64,000 nucleotides of DNA from Tubulanus polymorphus (GCF_964204645.1 NC_134026.1:12894050-12958049), one strand, 5' to 3'. Shown: positions 27,485 to 39,298, counted from the first letter of the stretch. Notes: generated by a model not told the origin, from the letters alone. Program-made: numbers and translations.

Positions 27485-27760
27485 AATTGTGTTTATAGTA
27501 TTCTCGGACTATATGAAAACCTATCGTATTAGATAAGAGAAACGAGAGTCATTTCACGCGTCACGTCATTAAAATATGTTCCTACTTTATCTAATTATTT
27601 GTATGAATATTTAATTTAAACGCTGTCACGAGGAGGAGGCCTGCAAAAAAAAAAAAAAATAAGGGAACCCAGGAGTCAGCCACCGAATAGTTGATCCTAT
27701 CAATCCGTCACACGTCATCAGCTAGCTTCAAGGATAGATACCTCGTCAGTTTTATCACTG

Positions 27761-27778
27761 ATCCCACCGCTGCCACCA
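27761..27778 (-). promoter_or_regulatory. Primer-binding site, tRNA-Leu type
   Basis: Minus strand TGGTGGCAGCGGTGGGAT, 4 nt inside the 5' LTR; complementary to a tRNA-Leu 3' end (..ATCCCACCGCTGCCACCA). Confidence 0.85.
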
Positions 27779-28583
27779 ATTTTGTAGCCGCGACGCCCGG
27801 AGCCTCCCTCGGAGAGGTGGGTGACTCAACGGAGAGGTGGCGCCAGGGTAGCCTTTACGGAATAAAGGATGGTACGATCGCAAAAGGTTGAAAGCCTGTT
27901 TTGGTCGATGGCGAGTGACGTCACTAGTACAAATTCCGAGCGGTTCGAATCCCACAATACGCCAAAATCACTACGGCCGCTCTGAGCGCACATCGCATTT
28001 CAACGTTGCCGTTTAATAATTGTAAAATAACTAATAATAGTTTAAGTTTTATAAGGGTTAGAAGTACATTGTATTTACTGCTAGTGTATGTATATATCAT
28101 GTACGGTTGCGAGAAATCCCTGCCCTGGTTAAACAGTAAGTCCACTAAATCTTTAAATTTTAAGTTGTTTAATGAAACTATTATTGTTTTAAATTGTTAA
28201 AACTGCAAACTATGGTTGTCGAAGATGCACCTTCTTCACATCCTTTGAAATCCTGGATAGCATCGCTGTCGGCAAAGACCTTCAGGTCTGTCTTCAACGG
28301 CACATCGCTTCTGGAACAAGCGACTACTGTGTTATCAAATCTGAACTAGGTAAAAAAATGTTCCCCAAAAATAAAGACAAGTAAACGGATTAATTTGAGG
28401 TTTGAATGTTTTTGTTTATTTGTTGGTTTAAATCGAACCCTCGTCATCCTGATCTCCATAAATCTAAGAAAAGTATTCGCACACTTAAAACAATAAAATA
28501 CGAGCAATAAGCAATAACATCAGACTGGAGTAAGTAACTTTACTTAATTCACAGATACAATCCTACACAAAACAATAGCTATT

Positions 28584-28829
28584 CAGTGGCGGATCCACCC
28601 CTCTATTTTTACCGATGTAGCCGCAAATCTATGCGTTACTGAGTAAAAACCGAATGAAATGTTTCTATTAAGTAATGCTCAGAATGCACCTGCTTGCATC
28701 TATTTTTCCAAAAAATTTTTAGGGAGGGTCTTCGCGTTATCGGTGCTTGCTCTGGAATGGCTTACAGCCATCTGTTGTTGCTTTCATTTGCCCCCCCCCC
28801 CCCCCTTCAAAATGCTGGATCCGCCCCTG
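28584..28829. mobile_element. Small hAT-like MITE inside the MULE
   Basis: TIRs CAGTGGCGGATCCA / TGGATCCGCCCCTG; no clear TSD. Confidence 0.6.
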
Positions 28830-28959
28830 AGTGCAGACAAAATGATCGACAAAGACATACAGAACTCTAAAACAACAGTTAACAATTTAAGCAACGATAG
28901 ACAAAACAGATAGCTGATTACTTTACAAACCTGTTGTCAGAACCTTAATTATTTTTACA

Positions 28960-29895
28960 TGTACATACAGAGGACTGTTAACAATTCAACCAATGAAATT
29001 GCGATAGAGATACAGAACATACAGCTTTAACAGTAAACAATGCAACCAATGAAATTGCGATAGAGATACAGAACATACAGCTTTAACAGTAAACCATGCA
29101 ACCAATGAATTGCGATTAACTAAGACCTACGAGCAATTATCAAGTTTGATAATTGCTCGTAGCTAAGACATACAGGACAAACAGGACTAACTTAATTGCG
29201 ATAGACATACAGGACATACAGGATTAACAGTAGACAATTCAACCAACGAATTGCGATTAACTAAGACATACAGGACTAAACCACAGGACATACAGGACTA
29301 ACAGTAGACAATTCAACAACCAATGAATTGCGATTAACTAAGACATACAGGACATACAGGACTAACTTAATTGCGATAGACATACAGGACTAACAGTAAA
29401 CAATGCAACCAATGAATTGCGATCGCGATCACAAAGACATACAGGACAAAACCACAGGACATACAGGACTAACAGTAGACAATTCAACCAATGAATTGCG
29501 ATTAACTAAGACATACAGGACATACAGGACTAAACCACAGGACTAACAGTAGACAATTCAATAACCAATGAATTGCGATTATTTAAGAAATACAGGACTA
29601 ACTTAATTGCGATAGACATACAGAATATACAGGACTAACAGTAAACAATGCAACCAATGAATTGCGATTAACTAAGACATACAGGACATACAGGACTAAC
29701 AGTAGACAATGCAATCAATGAATTGCGATTAACTAAGACATACAGGACATACAGGACTAACTTAATTGCGATAGACATACAGGACTAACAGTAAACAATG
29801 CAACCAATGAATTGCGATCGCGATCACAAAGACATACAGGACAAACAGGAATAAACCACAGTAAATTGCGATAAAAAAGACATACAGGACTAACT
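28960..29895. repeat. Irregular tandem minisatellite inside the MULE
   Basis: Shuffled modules GACATACAGGACTAAC, AGTAGACAATTCAACCAATG and AATTGCGATTAACTAA. Confidence 0.9.
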
Positions 29896-30672
29896 GCAGT
29901 AAATATATAGGGCCTTAGGAATGCAAAATACATTCATTTTGTCGAATTTAAACATTCCACAACTTATTTCATTATGTCATTTCCAGTTTTCAAAGGGAAT
30001 TTTCTTAACTTCAGATGCCTCGAGGACATAAACATATAGAAAGATCTGTCCCAAAAAAATGTCAAGTGTCTTTCATAGTGCAATGGGCCCTGGTTTCCAC
30101 GTTTATATATCACATATAAAATTCTACAGAAACAATCAATGAATAAGTGAAAATTTACGAATAACAAACAAGACATTCAAGCAGTTGAGTAAGTTAAAAT
30201 GGGACCAATCTATATATATTATATATGGATTATACAATTTAATCAGGGACAGCCTTGAACCGAGGTTGATGTGTCCATACACTCTCTTCATACACTCTCT
30301 GAACATGCATGTATGTATACTGCTGCCAATTGATGATAAGTCAAGGATGTTGAAGTTCTAGACATGGTCAGAATCATCCAGAGACATCGGCACGCATCAC
30401 AATAACTGATGATTTTGCAGTAACCTGTAACATAAAAAATCAAGCGGTAATCTATTCACAAAATATATTTTCCTGAAAGAAAAAACCTGAAATAGAGCAC
30501 TATAAACACCAGTGCATATACATCGCTTCTTAACCTTATATATAATCGAGTAAATATATAGGTGACTAAGTGACGGTCATTATAGGCTTCTTCGTTCACC
30601 ATGGGAAATGAAAATATTTCTAACGTCAGGGATTCATTCGAAACCCGATCAATAATATTCAATACAAACTAT

Positions 30673-32880
30673 TTAGGAAATCGGGTCACAATGAAAACAA
30701 AACCACCTGATATGTTCAGGAGGAGCCTCATTGATTGGAGCACATTTCCAATGATACCATCTATGGCAATTATCACATTCAATTGAGAATGTGGACTTTT
30801 TCTTAGGATTAGCATTGCAGTTTTTGTGGCAGACAGGGCAGGTTTCAGCAACTAACTGAGAAGGGGTTTTTTCAACTTTTGATGAAAAAAGATTATCTAG
30901 TTTCAATTTTGCTAGGTTTTGGAGGCCTGCATTTCCAGGTTGATCTATAAGAATTTCTAATTCTTTTTCAGAATTGGAATTATTGATTTCTGTAATAGGA
31001 GAACTGTTGAGATAATCATCTCTATTATTATAATCGATTACAATAGATTTTTTCTTATGATGATTATGTTCAATACCAATGTGCTTTTGAAGGAATGTTT
31101 CACTTGCATATGAATTAATAACCCCATCTGCCCAACAAATAGCACATGAGATAGGTTTCAAAGATGAATGAGAAGTGGATATGTGCCTATCTAGTTCCCT
31201 GCGACATGAACAAAGATATGGAGGAATTATTTTGTCTTTAATACAAAAGGAACAGACAATACTTTTTTCAAATAAAACAGACTTCGAGTCATTTTTAACA
31301 ACTGGTATTGACTTAATATCTTTTGGTTTGGTATCTTTTGATTTTTTCGGTAAGGATGATTTATTCTGACTTAAAATATCTGCTGAAAATTCGATATCAT
31401 TGCCAGGATCTGGATCAGTGGAGTCTATGGTTTCAATTTCTGATATTTTAGCTTTTTTACCTAGTTTGATAGCAGCATTTTCAACCATAGCAGAAAAGGA
31501 TACACCTCTGTTAGCAGGTCTAATTATCTTTCGCCCTCCGTGTCTTGCATTCTCAGCATCTTTAGGCATTGTAACCTTAGGGCAGTAAGGGTCTATCACT
31601 TCAAGTTCAGGAAGGTTTATGGCAACCTGATTGTCCTTGATTGGACCCTCAGCACGCCTATGAGCCATATTGTGAGGTTGTCGTTTGGCTGGTCGTCCGC
31701 TTATTAACTTAATTCCACAGTGGCTTTCATTATGTAAAATACTTAGAATGTGCCCTTTCCGAGCAGCATTGATATCATTCGAGCTAGCAATGTGGGAATG
31801 ATCTTTTAACTTATCAATGAGGGTAGATGAAACAGAACTATTTTGTCGAGTAAAATTGTAAGTTGGCAGAGGCTCCACAATGTGGAATTTATATGCATCA
31901 ATTAAAGCCTTTGTTGTGGTTATATTGTTTTTTTGGGCAAAACAGGCAAAAAGATGTTTGCAAAAATATGGTTGTCCAATCATTATAAAAGCTTCACAAG
32001 TACATATACCTAGTTTCAAATTGATTAAATGGCAATTACCATCTACGTATGAAAGACAATTTTCAGGAACGATTGTAATAACGTAATTGAATAAGATACG
32101 ACTGGATATTGAATCTAAATTTCCTATGTACCTTCGGCATTTTTTTGAAATGTCGTATGAATGTTCCTCGGATATTGATACTTTATCGGGGAATCTTTCT
32201 TCTAAAACATCAAGCTGATTGAATGTATATTGAGTATCACCATTGAAAAAATTATCATTATCTTCTAACCTATTTAAGTTCTTTCGTGAAGAACTCTTCA
32301 CAACAAACCAATTAGTTTCTTCATCATATTTTAAAATCTCATTATTCTGTAATAAATCAAAGGCTCTTTTGCAACACTTTTCTATCTTTTCAAGGTGACG
32401 TATATTCTTAACTCGTTGGTCAAGTTGCTTAAATTGGAGATTGTTCATATTTGTCGCTTTGATCTCATCATTAAAAACATTTTCAAACAGTAATCGTACA
32501 AAAGAGGATATCAGTTTATTTAGGTGTCCACTTAAGTAGACATCATCTAGTTGTTTGAATTTGCGCTCAGTAATATTATCAGTTAATAGCAAAGGGTTAT
32601 TTCTGTTAGATTGGTCTGACTGATAAATTGATTCAGCATTGAATGCATCAGATTAAATTTGGGAATTAAACCAATTCTTCTTTAGGTAATCAATAAATAA
32701 TGTTTTTGTATCTTGCGACATAAGGTCTAAAGAAATATCATTCTCAATAAAACTAATAAATGAATTGGCTATATCAGTTCTAGAGGAAGCATCCCATGAT
32801 CTCATAATGCATTTGAAACCAGTTTCTAGAGGCTTGCAAAATAAGCGAAGTTCTTGATTTTCATTTCATATACTGCCTAC
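30673..32880 (-). pseudogene. MULE transposase C-terminal half with SWIM, C2H2 and PHD fingers
   Basis: Upstream FIDYLKKNWF (then a stop), TDNITE (MULE TNNxxE), SWIM CTC..CKH, two C2H2 fingers, and terminal PHD CPVC..IECDNCHRWYHWKC..WFCFHC. The N-terminal DD region is absent. Confidence 0.8.
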
Positions 32881-34955
32881 GGCTACTGCGACTGGTGGTT
32901 CGGTTGGCAGAAATTACTTGTTAACATGGGGGGGGGGGGGAAGTAAGCGTGGATGAAGACAAATTAATTTAGCCGAGTAAGTAGCAAGTAAGTAAAGTAG
33001 TGGCAGTACAGTAGGCCTAGCGACAATGTGAGTGTGGTGGTAACGTGGCCGTGGTGGCAATAACAAGACTCCAAAACTGGCAAAAGCCAAAATTAAAAAG
33101 CCCTGCCGCCGCGCGGTCGCGACGCCTCGCCTGTACCACCGTGTACGATGCTCGCGGCGTTCACCAGTGTTACCCAGTGAGTTTTTTATAATCTTGCAAT
33201 CTACCTCTTTTTTCAAACCAATATTCCCACCAACTGGTCCGGAGACAAGCTTAACACGTTCGGAAAACATGATTCACAATCTTTTAATCAACAGCCAGCA
33301 AGAATACACTTGACAGCAAATTCAAATTCAGCGGTTAACCGTTAAAAGTGAGTTGTTTAGCTGTGGGAGTAACAAAAAGGCGATCTTGATGACGTCACTA
33401 GCCATCGACCAAAACAGGCTTTCAACCTTTTGCCACACGATCTCAAAGTGTCCGAGTTCCAAGGCTTCTTCGTCAGAGCATGGCTACAAGGGTCCGCCTT
33501 CGTCGAACAATCCCGGGTAGTAGGACTGCAAAGGGGAAAAGTCATCCTCCGAAGGTTGATAAATGGAAAGCGGCTGACTCAAGGGAAAAAGGGGTTCCAC
33601 GAGGGCTAAATAGTGTCAGAGGTGAGTGCGAATCGTACCCCACAACCCCATGGCTGGATGAATGGGTCACCAGACCAGTCAGGACGAGTGTCCGCCGTGT
33701 GATCAGTCAAGTCAGGGCCCTTGACAAGACGCGAGATCACACGGTCACCCGAGCACCGGCGCCTACTTCTCCTCTGGTATCCTCTGGTGTAAAGTGTCAT
33801 TCCAAGTGCCTCCAGCACGTAGCTCTCGCAACCGGCTTCTTTGGCTTGCCCCAGCTTACTATGGACTCATGTGACACACAAATTAGGGGAATAAAGGGAC
33901 ACAGACCTCCTCCTCTACTCGCGACAGAGAAAACGAGAGTTTTAAAATTCAATATATATTAATAATATTTTCCAAATTTAACTCGTACGTTCATATAAAT
34001 GAAATGTATATTATATTCTATAATTAAACAGAATAAACTTTTAAAAATCAACGTAGAAAACTTGCTCTGATTCATTATTTTTAACAATCTAATAAATAAT
34101 CTAATTATTGCATTTGCCCGGAATTTAAAAAGGTCGAGCTTATTATGTCTACGGATATATACATAAATTAAGCTCAAAGATCATGTGTCAAGAAAAGAAT
34201 TGACAGAACCGGGTCGCCGAGTTGACCCCGATAACGTTGAACTGACGGCATCTCAGAATTTATATATAGGTCGCCACGTTGACCTATATAAAACGAGATT
34301 TAATAGATCGCCAGGTTGATCTATTAAAGTCAAAAGGGAATCAAAGTGATTATAGGTCGCCAAGTTGACCCAGAGCACAAGATCATTAAGCAATAGACTT
34401 CGTAACGAGGGTCCTACCCGACGCCAAGAGGACTCGGCGCCGGGTTGAACTACGTACCTCAGATAATTTGAGCGAACTGACTTTCTCAATTCAAAAAAGT
34501 GCAAGGTGACATCACGCTGCACTCAGCGCTGATTGGCTGAGTGCCACAATGACGTCAGGAATGCGAGCAACGTGACGTCACATTACAACAAAATGGCGGA
34601 CATTGGAGCGTGAGGAGGTAATTTTTATATAAAACCTAATATAATTAAGTTATAAATGGACGGAACGATAAGAAAAATACGTGAAAACATTTTGATCCAA
34701 GGTTTATACATTCTGTACAAATTTCAAAGCGATACGATAATTTAAAGGTGTGGGAAATGATCGGACAAAATTGCAAAAAGGGGAGATTTAGAAAAGTTGC
34801 GCTAATTACCGCCCAAAACCGACCGACCATTTCCAACACCGGAAATACAAAACTATCAACCACGCGCAGGGCGGCGGAGGAGCTCTGCAGAAGAAAACAC
34901 CCCGAAAAACAACTACGGCAAGGGATTTTCCGCTACAATATATATATATATATAT

Positions 34956-36382
34956 CATTGGTTCAACTGTTTTAGAAGTATCAAAATTATTAATGTATGA
35001 TTTTTATTATAATGTTTTACAACCACTTTTTGGGGAAAAACATATAGAAATCTTATATTTTGATTCTGTAACAGCTGACACCCCAATATTATTAAAATGT
35101 AATGATAAAATTTTAATTAGAAGAATTTCAGAAATAATTCCAAAACAAAATGAATGTTATATTTCATATGGTGAGAAAGAATTAATACAAATAAATGGTT
35201 TAATGGATGTTTGGACAAGAAATGGATGGAAAAAATTAAAGAATATTATTAGGCATAAAACAAATAAGAAAATCTATAGAGTTAGAACTAAATTAGGGTT
35301 TGTAGATGTTACAGAAGATCATAATTTAATTAAACGAAATGGTGATGAAATAAAACCAACTGATATAAAAATTGGAGATGAATTATTACATAAAAGATTT
35401 TTTCCAAAAATGAATCATATGTCATTCGATGAAATTATTGATAATATTTATAATATAGAACCTGAAACATTAGAAGAAAAAGAATATTTTATCAAAGGAT
35501 TTTTCATGGGTGATGGTTCAGCAGGTGTGTATAATTATGTTTGGGGTAATAAATATTGTTGGTATTTATGCAATCAAGACTTGAAATTATTAGAAAGAAT
35601 TAAGAAATTCTGTGAAGAAGTTTATTCACATAAAACATTTGAATCATGGATGTTATGAAATCATCAGCAGTTTATAGAATACTTGTAAATAATCCTAAAG
35701 ATTTTGCTATAAAATATAATGATGAATTCTATATTCATGCAATAGTGAAAAGTAATACTTCAACAAAAGAAAAGATAGTTCCAGATTATGTTCTAAATGC
35801 AAAAGATAATTTAAGAAAATGGTTCTTCATTGGATTCTACGCAGCAGATGGTGCTAAAAAATTTACAAAGGATAAAAAGATAACCTTTGCACAGAAAGGA
35901 AAAGTTGCTATATCAGGATTAAATATATTATGCAGTTCATTAGGATTTAATATGAATATAGAATTAATTAAATCTAAACCAAATTGTTTTAATTTAAGGC
36001 ATACAGAAAAAGATTTAACTGAAGAAGTTAGAGATTTATTTGAAATATATAACTCATCAGATTATGTTTATGATTTATCAACTGAAGATGGTACATTTAA
36101 CTGTGGATTTCCATTAATTTGCTTCAATACTGACGCCTACATACTAAAAATCAAGACAAATGACATAACAAAAGACTTAAAAACATTGAAACATCATTTT
36201 GATTTTAGCAATTATCCCAAAGATCATGAACTATTTAGCAATGATAATAAAAAGATTCCTGGTAAATTTAAAGATGAATTAGGGGGTGATGAAATGATTG
36301 AATTTGTTTGGATAAGAAGTAAAATGTATAGTTATAGAACAAAAGACCATGAAGCTAAAAAATTAAAAGGAATAACAAAAGA
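34956..36382 (+). pseudogene. Polinton protein-primed DNA polymerase B, paralog B copy 1 (C-terminal fragment, intein-containing)
   Basis: IGSTVLEVSKLLMYDFYY..LYFD [intein] TDAY..FDFSNYP..GKFKDE..RSKMYSY..KKLKGITK. Confidence 0.93.
35065..36128 (+). mobile_element. Intein with LAGLIDADG homing endonuclease in pPolB motif C (copy 1; 1-nt deletion near 35640)
   Basis: Block A SVTADTP, block B VTEDH, blocks C/E GFFMGDG and GFYAADG, block F YVYDLST, C-terminal N followed by extein T. Removal restores YFD-TD. Confidence 0.93.
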
Positions 36383-36384
36383 AA

Positions 36385-36756
36385 ATGTATTTATATTTAT
36401 TATTTAACGATTATTATAAAAAACCTAAATTAACAGAAGAAGATATGGAAAATATAAAAGAAACATTCATACAAATATTAAGATATTATGTGGATAATAG
36501 TATAACAGATTCAATTAATTATGAATTCTTTTTAAATAAGATTTTAAATTATCTAAACATCGATATTATAATTCCATTTGATGAATTAACAAACAAAAAG
36601 AAACAAAGAGAGCGAGATGAAATGTGGAATAATATAGAACTTTATTTAAATGAGAAAAATGAAATGGAAGAACCTAAACAAATTATACAAGAACAATTAA
36701 ATGAAAAAGAAGAAACCAATAGTGATTTCGAGTTTGACGATATCGATCCATTTTAA
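36385..36756 (+). CDS. Polinton accessory ORF of unknown function (acidic), possibly 5'-truncated
   Basis: 123-aa ORF with the same AT-rich codon usage. Its stop overlaps the convergent pPolB stop at 36753-36755. Confidence 0.5.
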   Translation: MYLYLLFNDYYKKPKLTEEDMENIKETFIQILRYYVDNSITDSINYEFFLNKILNYLNIDIIIPFDELTNKKKQRERDEMWNNIELYLNEKNEMEEPKQIIQEQLNEKEETNSDFEFDDIDPF

Positions 36757-37710
36757 TAACCATAAGGTAATGTTATACCATCATCTGAAATATGTCTTTT
36801 ATCATCAAATGGATTTAAACTAGTTTTTTCAACTTCATTAAAACAACTTATATCCAGGATTATCATTTACATTGAAATATCTATCACCTAATACACCTGA
36901 AACTCCTCCTCTTATAGATTTTTCAAATAATAATAATTGATCTATATTTGTTAACCAATCCATTTTTATGTCTGTAAATTTTAAACCACAATCCCAAGTT
37001 AATCCTGGTGATGAATAACAATGGCAAGGATCAATATTAAAATATTTTAGGTTTACATCTCTAAACCTTTCGAATATATCCGATAATAATAATACATCAG
37101 ATTTTAAATATAAATCTACTAACTGCCATGATTTGTTATTTTAAAATGATTGCAAATATTCAATGTTCTATTATATACTTCATCTTTAACATATTCATTT
37201 TTTAATTCACCATAGAATTGTTCTTTTAATAATTCAGTTATATTAAAATCATTATGCGATTTATAAAATGAATATGGTATTGCGCCTCTATATCTCATTA
37301 ATTGAAAATCATCATTATTTGGATAGTGTTGTTTTAATATCTTTAATTCATCATCAACTAATGATTTTGATAAGTTATCTAATGAACTACCTAAAAATCT
37401 ATATGAATCCATAATCTTAGACACCCAAATTGGAAAGATATATAATTCTCAGATGTTTTAGCTAACATTTTAAATTTATAAGTTGGTTGGTATTTTATCT
37501 TTTGATCTATTTGAATTTAATTTTTCTATTTCATTATTGATTTCTTCTATTTTATGACATAGCTGTTTGATGAATAAATGAGCTTCATATCCTGATAAAT
37601 TATGAAATATTACTGGAACAAAGTTAATTTTCTTAGCTTGTAAGTTACAATTCTCATGGGCTGCGCCTCTAAACTTTCCATTCAAATGAGCATGGTCTCT
37701 TACTTTTTTA
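36753..37710 (-). pseudogene. Polinton pPolB, paralog A copy 1 (internally deleted)
   Basis: RDHAHLNGKFRGAAHENCNL, FHNLSGY, DSYRFL and RGGVSG, then a jump directly to the C-terminus SLNPFDDKRHISDDGITLPYGY*. Motifs A-C are deleted. Confidence 0.88.
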
Positions 37711-38227
37711 AATTAAAAAATATAGCAAGTCTGCAATTTATCATACAGCGGCACACATGTCGAATCTCACAATTATTACAATACAATTCAAACATAGATT
37801 ATGGAACATGAGCAATTTTTCTAATATGTCACTAGATATTATCAATTTCATAGTCAACGTGGAAAAATAAAAAGCCTTATAAAGTACAGTTTGAAATTAC
37901 ACTGCAAACAAAACTAATTTGAATCACGATATCCCTGATATAGAAATAAAACATTAAATTCCCACAATTGAAAATTGGCTTAAAAGTTTCTCAAAATATA
38001 TCTAGATTTCAATTGAAATTCATACCAATAGGCAATGGAGTACTGTATCATTTTTAGTCAATTAAAAATTGTGGAATTTTAACCTTTAAAAAATGATATA
38101 TTGATAACTTTGGGCTACATGCTATCCGTCGACAACATCACTATTCTACTCCCATATTTACGAGTATTATATAATAGATTGACATGGACATTTTGAATAC
38201 ATTTTATGTAAATAATCATTACACCAT

Positions 38228-38414
38228 CAACCCTATAACCAACTAATCGTCTAAACCCTAAACCTCTTAACCCTAACTATTTTGAAACCTAACAATCTGA
38301 ATTGTAACCCTCTAAACCCTAACCGCCTAAACCCTAAACCCTTACCATCTAAACATTTAACAATCTAAACCATTAACCCTCTAAACCCTAACCCTCTAAA
38401 CACTAAACCCTACA
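38228..38414. repeat. Degenerate telomere-like (CCCTAA-related) satellite, left part
   Basis: AAACCCTAACCCTCT-type units; continues after the TIR element at 46688. Confidence 0.8.
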
Positions 38415-38684
38415 ACCCCTGTGAAGCTGGCTACCGGTTCCCGGTTCCTTATTCGGCTCCCGATTCAAAACCATTTTGAATCGGGAGCACAAGGTTCACA
38501 GTTTTTCATGCAGTCAACCTCGGCTAATTCCTATCACCGTCCTTACATTAATCAGAGTGAGATTGCTGCCCGGCCAAATTGCCCCGTAACAACTGTTTTC
38601 ATGGGTGCCAAATGAGCCCTGAATAAAAACGCTGGACCAGGTTCAAGCCAAATCTAGCACGGGCTAGAGGTTCCGGAAATGACA

Positions 38685-39093
38685 AGCAATAGGGGTAATG
38701 GGCTTTCATACCAAAGGTCGAAAGGTCGAGCTCATTAAAAACAAAACATTAAAAGTAATTTAAAACTATAATATATTTTCATAACCGTGTGCATTTTATA
38801 TTATAACTAAATATTTATTCTAAGATATCAATAATTTAAATTTTAAAAGCATATTGTATTAAATCCATTGGTCGCTCCACTACGCTGCCGCTCCGCTCCG
38901 CGACCAATTGATTTATTTACAATACACAAATTCATATAATCAAATATATTCAAATAATAATAATTATTCTATTATTCAACTGAAATACACACGGTTATGA
39001 AAATATATTATAGTTTTAAATTACTTTTAATATTTGTTTTTAATGAACTCGACCATTCAACCTTTAACCTGAAAGCCCATTACCCCTATTACT
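38685..39093. repeat. 409-bp imperfect palindrome with AG..CT ends; candidate Polinton terminus/origin
   Basis: AGCAATAGGGGTAATGGGCTTTCA...TGAAAGCCCATTACCCCTATTACT. Arms pair imperfectly up to a GC-rich loop near 38876-38899. Lies ~200 bp upstream of the pPolB start. Confidence 0.8.
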
Positions 39094-39298
39094 CTTAAAA
39101 TATTCATGTACATGAATAACATTTAAATTGACAGATTATTCAATATAAAAGTATATATTTACAACATTATTTCAATATTCATATTTGTGTGAGTTAGATT
39201 TTTAAACATTAAAAGTGTAAGTAAAGTGTGATTGAAATAATGCATGATATAAATCATTGAACTTCTAAAATCAATTTAAAAAAAAATTTAGTATTAAA

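Larger units (their letters stand above)
27880..33433 (-). mobile_element. MULE/Mutator-like DNA transposon, internally deleted
   Basis: ~44-bp TIRs GCAAAAGGTTGAAAGCCTGTTTTGGTCGATGGC.AGTGACGTCA. Imperfect 9-bp target duplication GGTACGATC/CACACGATC. Encodes a SWIM-PHD transposase remnant. Confidence 0.85.
27783..34937 (-). repeat. 5' LTR, split into 27783-27879 and 33443-34937 by the MULE insertion
   Basis: The two pieces join to match 20031-21608 with ~5 substitutions, a 1-bp indel and a 15-bp indel. Confidence 0.95.

Noticed and set aside
28960-29895. CRISPR-like repeat pattern
   Set aside because: Intervening sequences are reshuffled repeat modules, not unique spacers; there are no cas genes and the context is eukaryotic.
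35065-36128. Group I or spliceosomal intron, or Hedgehog-type Hint domain, as alternative explanations of the pPolB insert
   Set aside because: The insert is in frame with both exteins, has both splice-junction residues (S...N|T) and an internal LAGLIDADG pair, and lacks GT-AG ends.
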